NCBI GenBank assembly: GCA_027593235.1
Contig: JAQCIU010000021.1
Location: 1 to 53,508 of the forward strand
Length of the DNA: 53,508 nt
Direction: 5' to 3'
Source of the DNA: Chloroflexota bacterium
GTDB lineage: Bacteria; Chloroflexota; Dehalococcoidia; UBA2979
Shown here: positions 10,181-19,907 of the stretch, piece after piece
Numbering within the stretch: the first letter of the stretch is position 1
Layout: each line of letters begins with the position of its first letter
Notes under the pieces: model-generated
What the model was told of the DNA's origin: nothing
The model's database searches: none
The model's input: only the letters and a program-made list of their open reading frames with translations
Position numbers and translations under genes: made by a program

Positions 10181-10806
10181 AGCGGCATCACGTTCAGGCA
10201 CCGATCGGCAGGGGTCAGCTCGAGCCAGCGCGCGATGTTCGTGGCCGAAGCAACCAGGTTTCGCTGTGTCAGCGCCACCAGCTTCGGCTTCGCCGTCGTC
10301 CCCGAGGTGTGGAGGAGCAGCGCCGCGTCGTCCGGCGTCGGCCCGACCGCGGTCGCCGGCGCGTCCGAGGACAGACCGGCGTCCACCTCCGGACCGACGA
10401 GCGCGAAGCCGCTGTCGAGGTCACCCGTCATATCGAGGGCGACCATGCCCGCCGGCAGCGCCTCGCGAGCGGCGACACCGGCCTCGACGGTCGTGATCAG
10501 CACACGCGGGGCGAGGTCCTCGAAGGAGAAGCGCAGTTCCTCGACGCGATACGCGGGATTCAGCGGGGCAACCGCACAGCGGCTGGCCGCCGCCAGGAAC
10601 GCCACCGCCATCGCCGGTCCGTTCGGCAGCAGGATTGCGACACGGTCCGTAGGGCCAACACCCCGTGCGGCCAGCTCGGCGGCCAACTCGTCCACCTGTG
10701 CGCGCAGTGCGCCATACGTGAGGATCCGACCGTCCACGTCGAACAAGGCCGGCGCATCCGCTGCGCCGACATCCAGTAACGAGCGAACCGTCAGCTCCGT
10801 ATCCAT
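10180..10806 (-). pseudogene. Truncated AMP-binding acyl-CoA ligase (N-terminal part only)
   Basis: APLNPAYR, LLLHTSGTTAKPKLV AMP-binding motif; family-like sequence ends abruptly at DRCLNVMPL. Confidence 0.8.
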
Positions 10807-10884
10807 CGATCAATCGTCGGACGTGACGCGCGATTCGTCGAGTGCGACGCGCTTACGCCCCGATCCGCTAGGCTGTGAGGCATC

Positions 10885-13341
10885 TTGACCAGCCCTGTGA
10901 CCGCCAGCGCCCTCCTCGCGGGTATCCGTGTCCTCGATCTCGCGACCGAGCGAGCCGAGCTGGCTGGCCGCGTGCTCGCCGATCTCGGTGCCGAGGTGAT
11001 CAAGCTCGAGCCGCCCGAGGGCGCTCGCGCCCGTCGCCTCCCGCCCTTCGATGAACGATCTGGCGCCGACGGGCCCTCCCTCTACTGGGCCGCAGTGGGC
11101 CTCGGCAAGCGCAGCGCCGTCCTCGACCTTGAAAGTCCCGCGGGCCGCGATCGCCTGCGCGACCTCGTGCGCACTGCGGACATCCTCGTCGAGTCCTTCG
11201 ATCCGGGCGTGATGGCCGCGCTCGGCCTCGACTACGAGCAGCTTTCCGAGGTCAACCCGCGGCTCATCTACGCCTCGATCACTCCCTTCGGACAGCACGG
11301 ACCGAAGGCCCACTGGCCCGCCACCGAACTCACCATCGAGGCCGCCGGCGGTCTGGTGATGCTCCAGGGCGATGCCGATCGCCCGCCGATCCCGGTCGGT
11401 CTGCCGCAGGCCGCGTTCCACGCCGGGGCGCAGGCCGCCGCCGATTGCATCATCGCCCTCAACGAGCGCGCCTCATCGGGCCTCGGCCAGCATCTCGACA
11501 CCTCCATGCAGGAGGGGATCATCTGGACGTTGCTTAACGCCACGGGCTTCCCGCCGAACGTCGGCGGCAACCTGCCCGGCACCTGCGCCGAGCGAGGTAT
11601 CCCGCCGGAGCGAATCGAAGGCGTCCAGCTTCAGGGTCTGTCGACCATGGAATGCGCGGACGGATACCTGCTGCTCGGCCTCGGGATCGGGCGCGCCGGC
11701 GCGATCGTCGACCAGATCCTCCGCGAGGTGGAGTTGGCTGGCGACCTCGATCCCACTTTGCTCGGCATGGACTGGTCGGCCGGGCTGCCGGGTATCCTCG
11801 GTCAGACCGGCGAACCCGCGGCCGTGGTCGCCGCCATCCGCGCGATCCGCGCCTACTTCGCCACCAGGACGAAGGACGAGGTTCACCACTGGGCCACTGA
11901 GCACGATCTGATGGTCGCGCCGGTCAACGATGCCGCCGACCTCTATCGATCCCCACAGCTCGCCGAGCGCGAGTTCTGGACCCGCGTCGGCGACTATGAG
12001 CACCCCGGACCATTCGCGAAGCTGAGCCGCTCGCCGCTCTCGATGCAGCGGCCCGCGCCTGCCCTCGGCGCCGATCAAGCACTCCTCGAGGTACCGCCCC
12101 CCTCGGTGACGGCACCGGTCGTCGCAACCGGCCCACGCGACGGCGAAGCGTTCGCCGGGCTCAAGGTCGCCGATTTCTCCTGGATCGGCGTGGGGCCGAT
12201 CTCCGCAAAGGCGCTCGGCGATCACGGCGCGACCGTCGTTCACATCGAGAGCATCACGCGCCCCGACATCCTGCGGCTCGCGCAGCCGGCGAAGAACGGG
12301 GAACTCGGCCTCGACCGCTCCCAGTTCTTCGCCGACTACAACTCATCGAAGCTGGGGCTCTCGCTCAACCTCGCAACACCCGAGGGCCGCGCGCTGGCGC
12401 TGCGCCTGATCGAGTGGGCGGACGTGGTCGTCGAGAGCTTCACACCCGGCACCATGAAGAAACTCGGACTTGATCCGGACGAACTGCTCGCGAAGCACCC
12501 CGCGCTCGTCTGGTACTCAACCTGCTTGCTCGGGCAGACCGGGCCTTACGCCACCTTCGCCGGCTTCGGTCAGCAGGGCTCGGCGATCGCCGGGTTGCAT
12601 GGCATCACCGGCTGGCCCGACCGGGTTCCGGCGGGAACCTGGGGCGCCTACTCGGACATGATTACGCCGCACTTCGGCGTCGCCGCGCTGACCGCGGCGA
12701 TCTTGCACTCGCGCAAGACCGGCGAAGGGCAACGCATCGACATCTCGCAGGTCGAAGCGGCGATGCACTTCACCGAGCCGCTGCTGCTCGACTACACCGT
12801 GAACGGTCGCCTCCCCGGCCCCGTCGGCCTCGAATCGCCGACGGCTTCCCCCAACGGCGTCTACGCCGCCGCCGGCACCCAGCGCTTCCTCGCGATCGCC
12901 TGCGAAACCACCGCACAGTGGCGTGCGCTCCGCACTCTCGCGCCACTCGACGCGTTCGAGGGCCTCGATACCCTCGAGGCGCGCCTCGAGCGTGACGACG
13001 AGATCGATGCGGTGCTCACGGCGTGGTGCGCGGACCGCGACCCATTCGCCCTCGAGCGGGAATTAGCCGCGGCGGGCGTGCCGGCCAGCGTCGCCCAGTA
13101 CTCGAGCGACCTCTACCTCGACCGGCAGATCGCCGATCGCGGGTTCTTCGTCGTTCTCAATCACACCGTGATGGGTCCTACCCCCTACGACGGGTTCATC
13201 ACCCACTTCTCGGCGAAGCAGCGCATGCTACACAAGGCCGCGCCGACCCTCGGCGAGGACACCGGATACGTACTCACCGACATCCTGCACCTCTCCCCCG
13301 ACGAGATTGAGGCCGCCGCGATCGCCGGCGCCCTCACCTAG
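10885..13341 (+). CDS. Family III (CaiB/BaiF) CoA-transferase, two fused domains
   Basis: Two repeats: LAGIRVLDL...LGAEVIKLE and FAGLKVADF...HGATVVHIE. Confidence 0.92.
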   Translation: MTSPVTASALLAGIRVLDLATERAELAGRVLADLGAEVIKLEPPEGARARRLPPFDERSGADGPSLYWAAVGLGKRSAVLDLESPAGRDRLRDLVRTADILVESFDPGVMAALGLDYEQLSEVNPRLIYASITPFGQHGPKAHWPATELTIEAAGGLVMLQGDADRPPIPVGLPQAAFHAGAQAAADCIIALNERASSGLGQHLDTSMQEGIIWTLLNATGFPPNVGGNLPGTCAERGIPPERIEGVQLQGLSTMECADGYLLLGLGIGRAGAIVDQILREVELAGDLDPTLLGMDWSAGLPGILGQTGEPAAVVAAIRAIRAYFATRTKDEVHHWATEHDLMVAPVNDAADLYRSPQLAEREFWTRVGDYEHPGPFAKLSRSPLSMQRPAPALGADQALLEVPPPSVTAPVVATGPRDGEAFAGLKVADFSWIGVGPISAKALGDHGATVVHIESITRPDILRLAQPAKNGELGLDRSQFFADYNSSKLGLSLNLATPEGRALALRLIEWADVVVESFTPGTMKKLGLDPDELLAKHPALVWYSTCLLGQTGPYATFAGFGQQGSAIAGLHGITGWPDRVPAGTWGAYSDMITPHFGVAALTAAILHSRKTGEGQRIDISQVEAAMHFTEPLLLDYTVNGRLPGPVGLESPTASPNGVYAAAGTQRFLAIACETTAQWRALRTLAPLDAFEGLDTLEARLERDDEIDAVLTAWCADRDPFALERELAAAGVPASVAQYSSDLYLDRQIADRGFFVVLNHTVMGPTPYDGFITHFSAKQRMLHKAAPTLGEDTGYVLTDILHLSPDEIEAAAIAGALT

Positions 13342-13352
13342 CAAGGAGCCGC

Positions 13353-13817
13353 ATGCCTGCCCTGATCGTCAACGGCGAGCCGCGCGATGTGCCGCTCCCA
13401 CAACGCAATCTGCTCTCATATCTGCGCTTCGACCTCGGTCTAACCGGCACGAAGTACGGCTGCGGCGAAGGGCTCTGCGGCGCCTGCACCGTGCTGGTCG
13501 ACGGCGCGCCGCTCCGCGCCTGCCTCACCACCGTCGGCGCCGTCGCCGGCGGCGACCTCAAGACGATCGAGGGCCTCGCCGAGGGCGAAGAGCTGCACCC
13601 GGTCCAGGAAGCATTCGTCGCAGAGCAGGCGATGCGGTGTGGCTACTGCATCCCCGGCTTCATCATGGGCACCGTCGGTCTGCTGAACCGCGAACCGCAC
13701 CCCTCCCGCGAGCAGATCCGCGAGGCGCTCGCCGAGCACGTCTGCCGTTGCGGCACCTACGTCCGCATTCAGCGCGCGATCGAGCGCGTGGCGTCTCAGG
13801 ATGGAGACCGCGCATGA
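13353..13817 (+). CDS. 2[2Fe-2S] small subunit of a xanthine-oxidase-family molybdoenzyme
   Basis: GTKYGCGEGLCGACTV, CGYC, CRCGTY. Confidence 0.95.
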   Translation: MPALIVNGEPRDVPLPQRNLLSYLRFDLGLTGTKYGCGEGLCGACTVLVDGAPLRACLTTVGAVAGGDLKTIEGLAEGEELHPVQEAFVAEQAMRCGYCIPGFIMGTVGLLNREPHPSREQIREALAEHVCRCGTYVRIQRAIERVASQDGDRA

Positions 13818-15901
13818 CGACCATCGACCACCCGCCCGTCGACACCTCCGAGGGCTTGCGCATTGTCGGCGACGTCACCGTCGGCTTCCCCGCCTCGAGG
13901 ACCGGCTACGGGCAGCAGACCTACGGCAACACCGAGCCGCAGACCGAGCGCGCCACCTGGCTGCACATCCGCCCGGATGGCGGCGCGACCGTCTTCGCCG
14001 GCAAAGTCGAGTACGGCCAGAACATCCGCACCGGCCTCGCGATCGAGGTCGCGGACGAACTGCGCCTCCCGCTCGACCGCATCGAGGTGATCCTCGGCGA
14101 CACCGACCTCGTGCCCTGGGACATGGGCACCTTCGGCAGCCAGTCCACCGCGCGTGTCGGCGTGCAGCTCCGCCGCGCCGCCGCCACCGCGCGCGAGACG
14201 CTGCTCAACCTCGCCGCCGATCGCCTGGACCTCCCCGTCGACCACCTCGAGGCCAGCGACGGCCTCGTGATTCCCGAGGGCGATCCGTCACGCGCGGTGT
14301 CGTACGCCGACCTCCTCGCGGGCCAGTCCCTCGATCGCGAGCTGGACGCCGACGCGCCGGTGCTCCCGTCATCCGATTTCCACCTGATGGGCACCGAGGT
14401 CAGCGAGCGCATCGACGCCGTCGCCCGCGTCACCGGCCGCGCCCTCTACTCGCAGGACATCCAGCCTGAGGGCGTGCTGTTCGCCTCGGTGATCCGCCCC
14501 GTCGCCTATGGCGCGCGCGCCCGCAGCGTCGACTTCTCGGTCGCAGCGGCGCTCCCCGGCGTCGTCGAGACGATCCACGAAGGCAGCATCATCGCCGTCA
14601 TCGCCGAGAGCGACGAACAGGCCGACCGCGCCGCCGGGCTCGTCGAGATCGACTGGGACGTCCCTTCCGGCCAGCCCGCCGGCTGGGAGCTGCCCTCGGT
14701 ACTCGTCGAGAGCGGCACCGACGGCTTCGTCATGCAGGAGTCGGGCGACCTCGACGAGGGTTTCCGCGCCGCCTCCGAGGTGATCGAGTCGACGTATTTC
14801 ATCCCCTACATTGCACCGATCCCGATGGAGCCCCGCGCCGCTGTCGCCGAATGGCGAGATGACCGCCTCACGGTCTGGGCCGGCACGCAGCGCCCCTTCG
14901 GCATCCGCCAGGAACTCGCCGAGGCGTTCGATATTCACGAGGAACGCGTCCGGGTGATCGCCCCCGAGATCGGCGGCGGCTTCGGCGCCAAGTCGCCCTA
15001 CCGCCCCGCCATCGAGGCCGCGAAGCTCGCTCGCGCGGCCGGTCGCCCGGTCCGCGTCGCCTACACCCGTGTCGACGAGAGCGTCTGGTCGAACTTCCGC
15101 CCGGCCGCTGTCATCCGGCTCAAGAGCGGCTTCACCTCGGATGGACGGCTCACCGCGTGGCAGGCAGACGCCTACCACTCCGGTGAGCGGGTCATGATCG
15201 GCCGGCGGGGCTCCGAGACGCCCTACACCGCCCCGCACGTCCGTTCGACGGTCTATCGTTCCGACAGCCCGCTCCCCAGCGGCTCCTATCGCTCACTCGG
15301 CGCGGCCGTGAACCACTTCGCCCGCGAGGTGCACATGGACGAGATCGCCGCCGCAACCGGCATCGATCCTGTCGAGTTACGTCTACTGAACCTGACCGAA
15401 CCGCGCTTCCGCCGCGCCCTCGAAGCGACAGCAGACCTGTTTGGCTGGGCTAATTACACCCCCGCCCCCGGACGCAGCGCCGGCATCGCCATCGGCATCG
15501 ACGTCGGCTCTTATGTCGCGACTGCCACCGAGGTCTCGATCTCCGGTTCCGACGTGCGCGTCCACCGGGTCGCCGCCGCCCTCGACTGCGGGCTCGTCGT
15601 CAATCCCGAGGGCGCCCGTAACCAGATGGAGGGCGCGATCATCATGGGTATCGGCGGCGCGCTCTTCGAGGCCGCCGACTTCGAGGGCGGTCGCGTCCTC
15701 AACAGCTGTTTCGCGCGCTACCGCGTTCCGCGGATCACCGACACACCCTCGATCGATGTCCGCTTCGTCGGCGATGACACGGCGCCCTCGACCGGCGCCG
15801 GCGAGCCGGGCATCGTCCCGATCGGCGCGGCAATCTCCAACGCCGTGTTCGGCCTGACCGGCCAGCGCCACCGCGAACTGCCAATCCAGCGCCACCTGTA
15901 G
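13814..15901 (+). CDS. Molybdopterin-binding large subunit (IorB-like aldehyde/N-heterocycle oxidoreductase)
   Basis: KVEYGQ, GTFGSQS, GGGFGAK, YRSLG, DCGLVVNP, GAGEPG; ATGA overlap with the FeS gene. Confidence 0.92.
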   Translation: MTTIDHPPVDTSEGLRIVGDVTVGFPASRTGYGQQTYGNTEPQTERATWLHIRPDGGATVFAGKVEYGQNIRTGLAIEVADELRLPLDRIEVILGDTDLVPWDMGTFGSQSTARVGVQLRRAAATARETLLNLAADRLDLPVDHLEASDGLVIPEGDPSRAVSYADLLAGQSLDRELDADAPVLPSSDFHLMGTEVSERIDAVARVTGRALYSQDIQPEGVLFASVIRPVAYGARARSVDFSVAAALPGVVETIHEGSIIAVIAESDEQADRAAGLVEIDWDVPSGQPAGWELPSVLVESGTDGFVMQESGDLDEGFRAASEVIESTYFIPYIAPIPMEPRAAVAEWRDDRLTVWAGTQRPFGIRQELAEAFDIHEERVRVIAPEIGGGFGAKSPYRPAIEAAKLARAAGRPVRVAYTRVDESVWSNFRPAAVIRLKSGFTSDGRLTAWQADAYHSGERVMIGRRGSETPYTAPHVRSTVYRSDSPLPSGSYRSLGAAVNHFAREVHMDEIAAATGIDPVELRLLNLTEPRFRRALEATADLFGWANYTPAPGRSAGIAIGIDVGSYVATATEVSISGSDVRVHRVAAALDCGLVVNPEGARNQMEGAIIMGIGGALFEAADFEGGRVLNSCFARYRVPRITDTPSIDVRFVGDDTAPSTGAGEPGIVPIGAAISNAVFGLTGQRHRELPIQRHL

Positions 15902-15943
15902 CCACCAGCCACTGAGACACCAGCCGACTCCCGAGGAGCGCAC

Positions 15944-17509
15944 ATGACCTGGCAGCCCGAACTCGACGAACTGAAGCGCCGCCAGGCGTTCGCGGCCAAG
16001 CTCGGCGGCGAGCGCGGCGTCGCTGAACAGCGCCGTCGCGGCAAGCTCACGGTCCGCGAGCGGATCGACGGCCTCGTCGACCCCGGCTCCTTCCGCGAGT
16101 TCCAGGGCCTGGTCGGCACGGCCACCTACGACGAGCAGACGAGCGAACTGACCGACCTCCTCCCGAAGGGCGCCGTCGACGGCTACGCCCGCCTCGACGG
16201 CCGGCGCGTGGTCATCAACGCCGGCGACTTCACCGTCCGAGGGGGCTCCGGCAGCGCCGGTGGCGACGGCGCGCTCGGCGCCGAGCCTCGCGCCAGCCAG
16301 CGCGCCCTCGAGGCCCGCCTGCCCTACATCCGCCTGCTCGACTCCGCCGGCGGGAGTGTCCGCGGCTTCGAAGCCCTCGGGCGCACCTACGTCCCCGACG
16401 GCAACAGTTACACCCGCCTCGACGTCGAACTGCTGCGCGCGGTCCCGGTCGTCTCGGCCGCCCTCGGATCCGTCGCCGGCCTGCCGGCGGTGGACGTCTG
16501 CATCGCCCACTTCAGCGTGATGGTCGACGGCATCAGCCAGGTCTTCCCCGGCGGCCCGCCTGTCGTGAAGGCCGCGCTCGGCTACGACATCACCAAGGAA
16601 GACCTCGGTGGTCCACAGATCCACACGAAGGAAAGCGGGGTCGTCGACAACCTCGCGAAGGACGAGGCCGACGCCTTCGCCCAGATCCGCCGCTTCCTGA
16701 GCTACCTGCCCACCAACGTCGACGAACTGCCGCCGTACGAGGAGCCGACCGACGACCCCGACCGTCGAGAAGAGTCGCTGCTCTCCCTCGTCCCCCGCGA
16801 CACCCGCCGCCCCTACGACGCCCACGAGGCGATCGAAGCCGTCGTCGACAGTGGCTCCTTCTTCGAGATTGCCCCGAACTACGCACGCAACCGCATCACC
16901 GGCCTCGCCCGCGTCAACGGCTACCCCGTCGGCATCATGGCCAACAACAAGCAGTTCATGGGTGGCACCACCGACGTCAAAGGCGGCGACAAGGTCATCC
17001 GCTTCATCCAGCTCTGCGACACCTTCCACCTCCCCCTGATCTCCTTCGCCGACGAGCCCGGTTTCCGGGTCGGCCTCGACATGGAGAAGGCCGGCATCGA
17101 GCGCGCCGGCGCGCGGCTCGTGATCGCGACCGTCGAAAGCCGGATGCCCTGGCTGACAATCGTCATGGGCCAGCTCTACGGCGTTGCCGGCCAGTGCCAG
17201 CACCGCTCGACTGGCATGTACCGCCGCTACGTCTGGCCCTCCGCCCGCTGGGGCTCGATGCACATCGAGGGCGGCGTCTCCGCCGCCTACAGCCGCGAGA
17301 TCCGCGAGGCGGACGACCCGGCAGCGAAGGAAGCGGAGATCGAGGCGCGCATGCAGGCGATGGCCTCCCCCTTCCGCACCGCCGAGGCGACCGGCCAGGA
17401 CATCATCAACCCTCGAGACACCCGCCCCCTCGCCGTCGAATTCGTCGAGGATGCCCAGCGCATCCTCCGCAACCAGCTCGGCCCGAGCCCGACGCCCTAC
17501 AAGCCCTAG
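15944..17509 (+). CDS. Acyl-CoA carboxylase/decarboxylase carboxyltransferase subunit
   Basis: GKLTVRERI, DFTVRGGS, DSAGGS, GGPPVV, EDLGG, DEPGF. Confidence 0.92.
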   Translation: MTWQPELDELKRRQAFAAKLGGERGVAEQRRRGKLTVRERIDGLVDPGSFREFQGLVGTATYDEQTSELTDLLPKGAVDGYARLDGRRVVINAGDFTVRGGSGSAGGDGALGAEPRASQRALEARLPYIRLLDSAGGSVRGFEALGRTYVPDGNSYTRLDVELLRAVPVVSAALGSVAGLPAVDVCIAHFSVMVDGISQVFPGGPPVVKAALGYDITKEDLGGPQIHTKESGVVDNLAKDEADAFAQIRRFLSYLPTNVDELPPYEEPTDDPDRREESLLSLVPRDTRRPYDAHEAIEAVVDSGSFFEIAPNYARNRITGLARVNGYPVGIMANNKQFMGGTTDVKGGDKVIRFIQLCDTFHLPLISFADEPGFRVGLDMEKAGIERAGARLVIATVESRMPWLTIVMGQLYGVAGQCQHRSTGMYRRYVWPSARWGSMHIEGGVSAAYSREIREADDPAAKEAEIEARMQAMASPFRTAEATGQDIINPRDTRPLAVEFVEDAQRILRNQLGPSPTPYKP

Positions 17510-18375
17510 CCGACGAGGGCTGCGACCCGCGCCGAGCCGCCGCTGAGCACCGGTTCGCCGTGCCCGAAGAGGATCGTTTCGAAGGGGAGTCCCGCCAGCT
17601 TCGCCACGGACTCGTTCGCCACGGTCATGTCTGGCGTGAATTGGGCGTTCGGCCCGATCACCCCGCCGTCGGCGCCGTTGATTGCGTCCCCCGCCACGAG
17701 GATCCCGCCGACGCGATCGAGGACCGACACATGCCCGGCCGTGTGTCCCGGCGTCCCGATGATCTCGAGGTCAAAGACGCGATCCCCGTCCGCCAGCGCC
17801 ACCAGCGCCCGCGGTGAGCTGATGCCACCGATGTCGGCGGCACCTGCGTAGCCCGTCGCATCCGCCGCCGCCGCAAGCACCGCAGGCAGGCTCCCCGCGT
17901 GATCGCCATGGCGGTGCGTGAGAATCACATGGCCGACGTCACCCCAGCCGAGGCCCAGCGCGCCGAGCGCCTCCTCGATCGCGCCTTCGCTGCCCTCGAC
18001 GCCTGTATCGACGATCGTCGCCTCTCCTCCGCGCGCCAGCACGTAGGCGGACACAAACCAGAGGTTTGCGCGCCCCCACTCGACCGCAACCAGGCCACTG
18101 GCACCGCTCGAGGATGGCGCGCCGGTCGCCGTTCCCAGCACTCCACCCGTAGTGGCGGTCGCGGCAACCGAGGGGGAACCGGCGGCAGTCGCCGTGCCGG
18201 CCGTCGTGCTGGACGTCGCGGTCGATTCGCTTACCTCGGCGGTCGGTCCTTCGTCCTCGTCACCCCCGCAGGCGATTAGGCCGATCCCCACGGCCGCGGC
18301 GACACCGCCTCGACCGAGATCGGCGAGAAAGATGCGGCGGCTGATCTGCCGTCGAATTCGGTGAACGTGTGGCAT
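17506..18375 (-). CDS. MBL-fold metallo-hydrolase, probable Tat-exported lipoprotein
   Basis: SRRIFL twin-arginine, LIAC lipobox, THRHGDH, PGHTAGH, GD and GHG motifs. Confidence 0.88.
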   Translation of the reverse strand: MPHVHRIRRQISRRIFLADLGRGGVAAAVGIGLIACGGDEDEGPTAEVSESTATSSTTAGTATAAGSPSVAATATTGGVLGTATGAPSSSGASGLVAVEWGRANLWFVSAYVLARGGEATIVDTGVEGSEGAIEEALGALGLGWGDVGHVILTHRHGDHAGSLPAVLAAAADATGYAGAADIGGISSPRALVALADGDRVFDLEIIGTPGHTAGHVSVLDRVGGILVAGDAINGADGGVIGPNAQFTPDMTVANESVAKLAGLPFETILFGHGEPVLSGGSARVAALVG

Positions 18376-18575
18376 CGAGGTCCTCCTGCGCAGCGGTGGG
18401 CAAATCCGAGCGTACTCAAGCTGTCGCCGATCGAGATCACATTCGGCGTGGCCCATCCGGTCGACGGGACCGTTCCCCACCCCCGCTCCTGCGCCTCGGA
18501 TCGATGACGCCAGTGCCCAACCGCCAGACAGTGAGTATAGTGACAGTATTATTAGCGACGTGTTATTCTCTCGTT

Positions 18576-19409
18576 ATGGAACGTGCGGTCACTGATCCAA
18601 CCCCGGAGCCCGAAGGCACGTCGCATGCCGACGCGGTTCGCCATCAGCGACCCTGGGGGACCGTGACCGTCGACGCACAACGGGCGATCGTGCTCAAGGA
18701 ATACCGCTTTCCGACGCTGGAAAACTCGCGCTTCCAGGCAGCGCAGGAAATGGACCGGCTGACCCGCTTCGGCTGCGTCCTTGCGCGGATCCCGGGCCTG
18801 CGTAGCCCTCGCCCGCTGTCCTTCATCGAGGGCACCGCGAGCCTCCCACCCTCAATCGAGATGGAGTGGTGCGCTGGCGAGTCGCTCCACGACTACCTGC
18901 TGCGCGATGACATCACCGCGGCCAGCCGCCTGCGACTGGCCGACCGCTTCGCCCAGAGCCTGATAGCCTACGTGGCGACCTTCGAAGAGCACTACGCGGA
19001 CGCGTCGTTCCACAACGCCCTCTACGACCCGGACACCGACATGCTCACGGTGTTCGACTTCGGCCCCTGGCGGCTGGCCGGCAATCGCTTTCGGATCCTG
19101 CCGCTCGAAAGCAGCCTCGGGAGCGTCTTCGGATCCAGCCTCCGGACGCTGTTGCTGGCGTCGCCGCGCCGCTCGCTGCGACGACGCTGGCAACTGTTGC
19201 GGACGGCGGCCACGGTGATCGATCGAGCGAGCGCCCACCTCGAGCCGGATCCCTTGAACGGCGGGTTGATTCGCGGCCGCGCACTGCGGGACTACACGGC
19301 CTACGGCTTCAGCGGCGGGATCGCGCGCCGCGCCTGGCACGCCACCGGCGGACTGGCGATCGCAATGGTACTGAGCGGCCTCCAGAAACGCCTGGCGATC
19401 CGGGACTGA
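18576..19409 (+). CDS. Protein-kinase-like fold protein (APH/Kdo/RIO-type), function unknown
   Basis: VLKEY, AQE, EMEWCAGESL, HYADASFHN and DFG in kinase order. Confidence 0.65.
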   Translation: MERAVTDPTPEPEGTSHADAVRHQRPWGTVTVDAQRAIVLKEYRFPTLENSRFQAAQEMDRLTRFGCVLARIPGLRSPRPLSFIEGTASLPPSIEMEWCAGESLHDYLLRDDITAASRLRLADRFAQSLIAYVATFEEHYADASFHNALYDPDTDMLTVFDFGPWRLAGNRFRILPLESSLGSVFGSSLRTLLLASPRRSLRRRWQLLRTAATVIDRASAHLEPDPLNGGLIRGRALRDYTAYGFSGGIARRAWHATGGLAIAMVLSGLQKRLAIRD

Positions 19410-19471
19410 CCGGCGCTCGTTCGAAGGAGCCGAGGCGCGGAGGCGCGGAGAGCCCCGCCACCGTCGCGTGG

Positions 19472-19906
19472 CTAGTGAGCCTCGCGAGGTTCGATGCGGA
19501 TCATCACCAGCGCCAGCAGGATCGCGTGAAACGCCGTGATCGCCAACAACTGCGTCGCCAGTGTCGATCGAGGTCCATCCGGGTCGAACCGGGACACGAT
19601 CACCAGCAGATAGCTCACGACAATCAGCGCCAGTACCCGCAACGCGAGCGCCCGCGCGTCCGGGTCCAACTCGCGGAACTTCACTCGGTACAGGTAGATC
19701 CCGAGGATCGCGACGTGGAGCACCACCAGCGACAGCGCGTACGCCGTCGCCGGGATCCCATCCTTCAGCGACAGCACCGGGAACAACGCCGCGGACAACA
19801 ACAGCACGCTGGCGGCTTTCCAGAGGAACAGCCGCGGCTCAAGCAGGCGGAATGCGCGCCCACCGACGACGAACCGCAGCCCGCCCAGCGTCGCTTCGGC
19901 GGTCAC
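19472..19906 (-). CDS. Hypothetical 4-TM membrane protein at the end of the ABC operon
   Basis: Four hydrophobic segments; in-frame GTG directly after the ATPase stop (alternative ATG at 19921). Confidence 0.7.
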   Translation of the reverse strand: MTAEATLGGLRFVVGGRAFRLLEPRLFLWKAASVLLLSAALFPVLSLKDGIPATAYALSLVVLHVAILGIYLYRVKFRELDPDARALALRVLALIVVSYLLVIVSRFDPDGPRSTLATQLLAITAFHAILLALVMIRIEPREAH

Positions 19907-19907
19907 C

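Noticed and set aside
13307-13813. Long N-terminal extension of the Mo subunit in the ORF track
   Set aside because: Overlaps the FeS gene out of frame and is Arg-rich noise; the ATGA-coupled start at 13814 is more plausible
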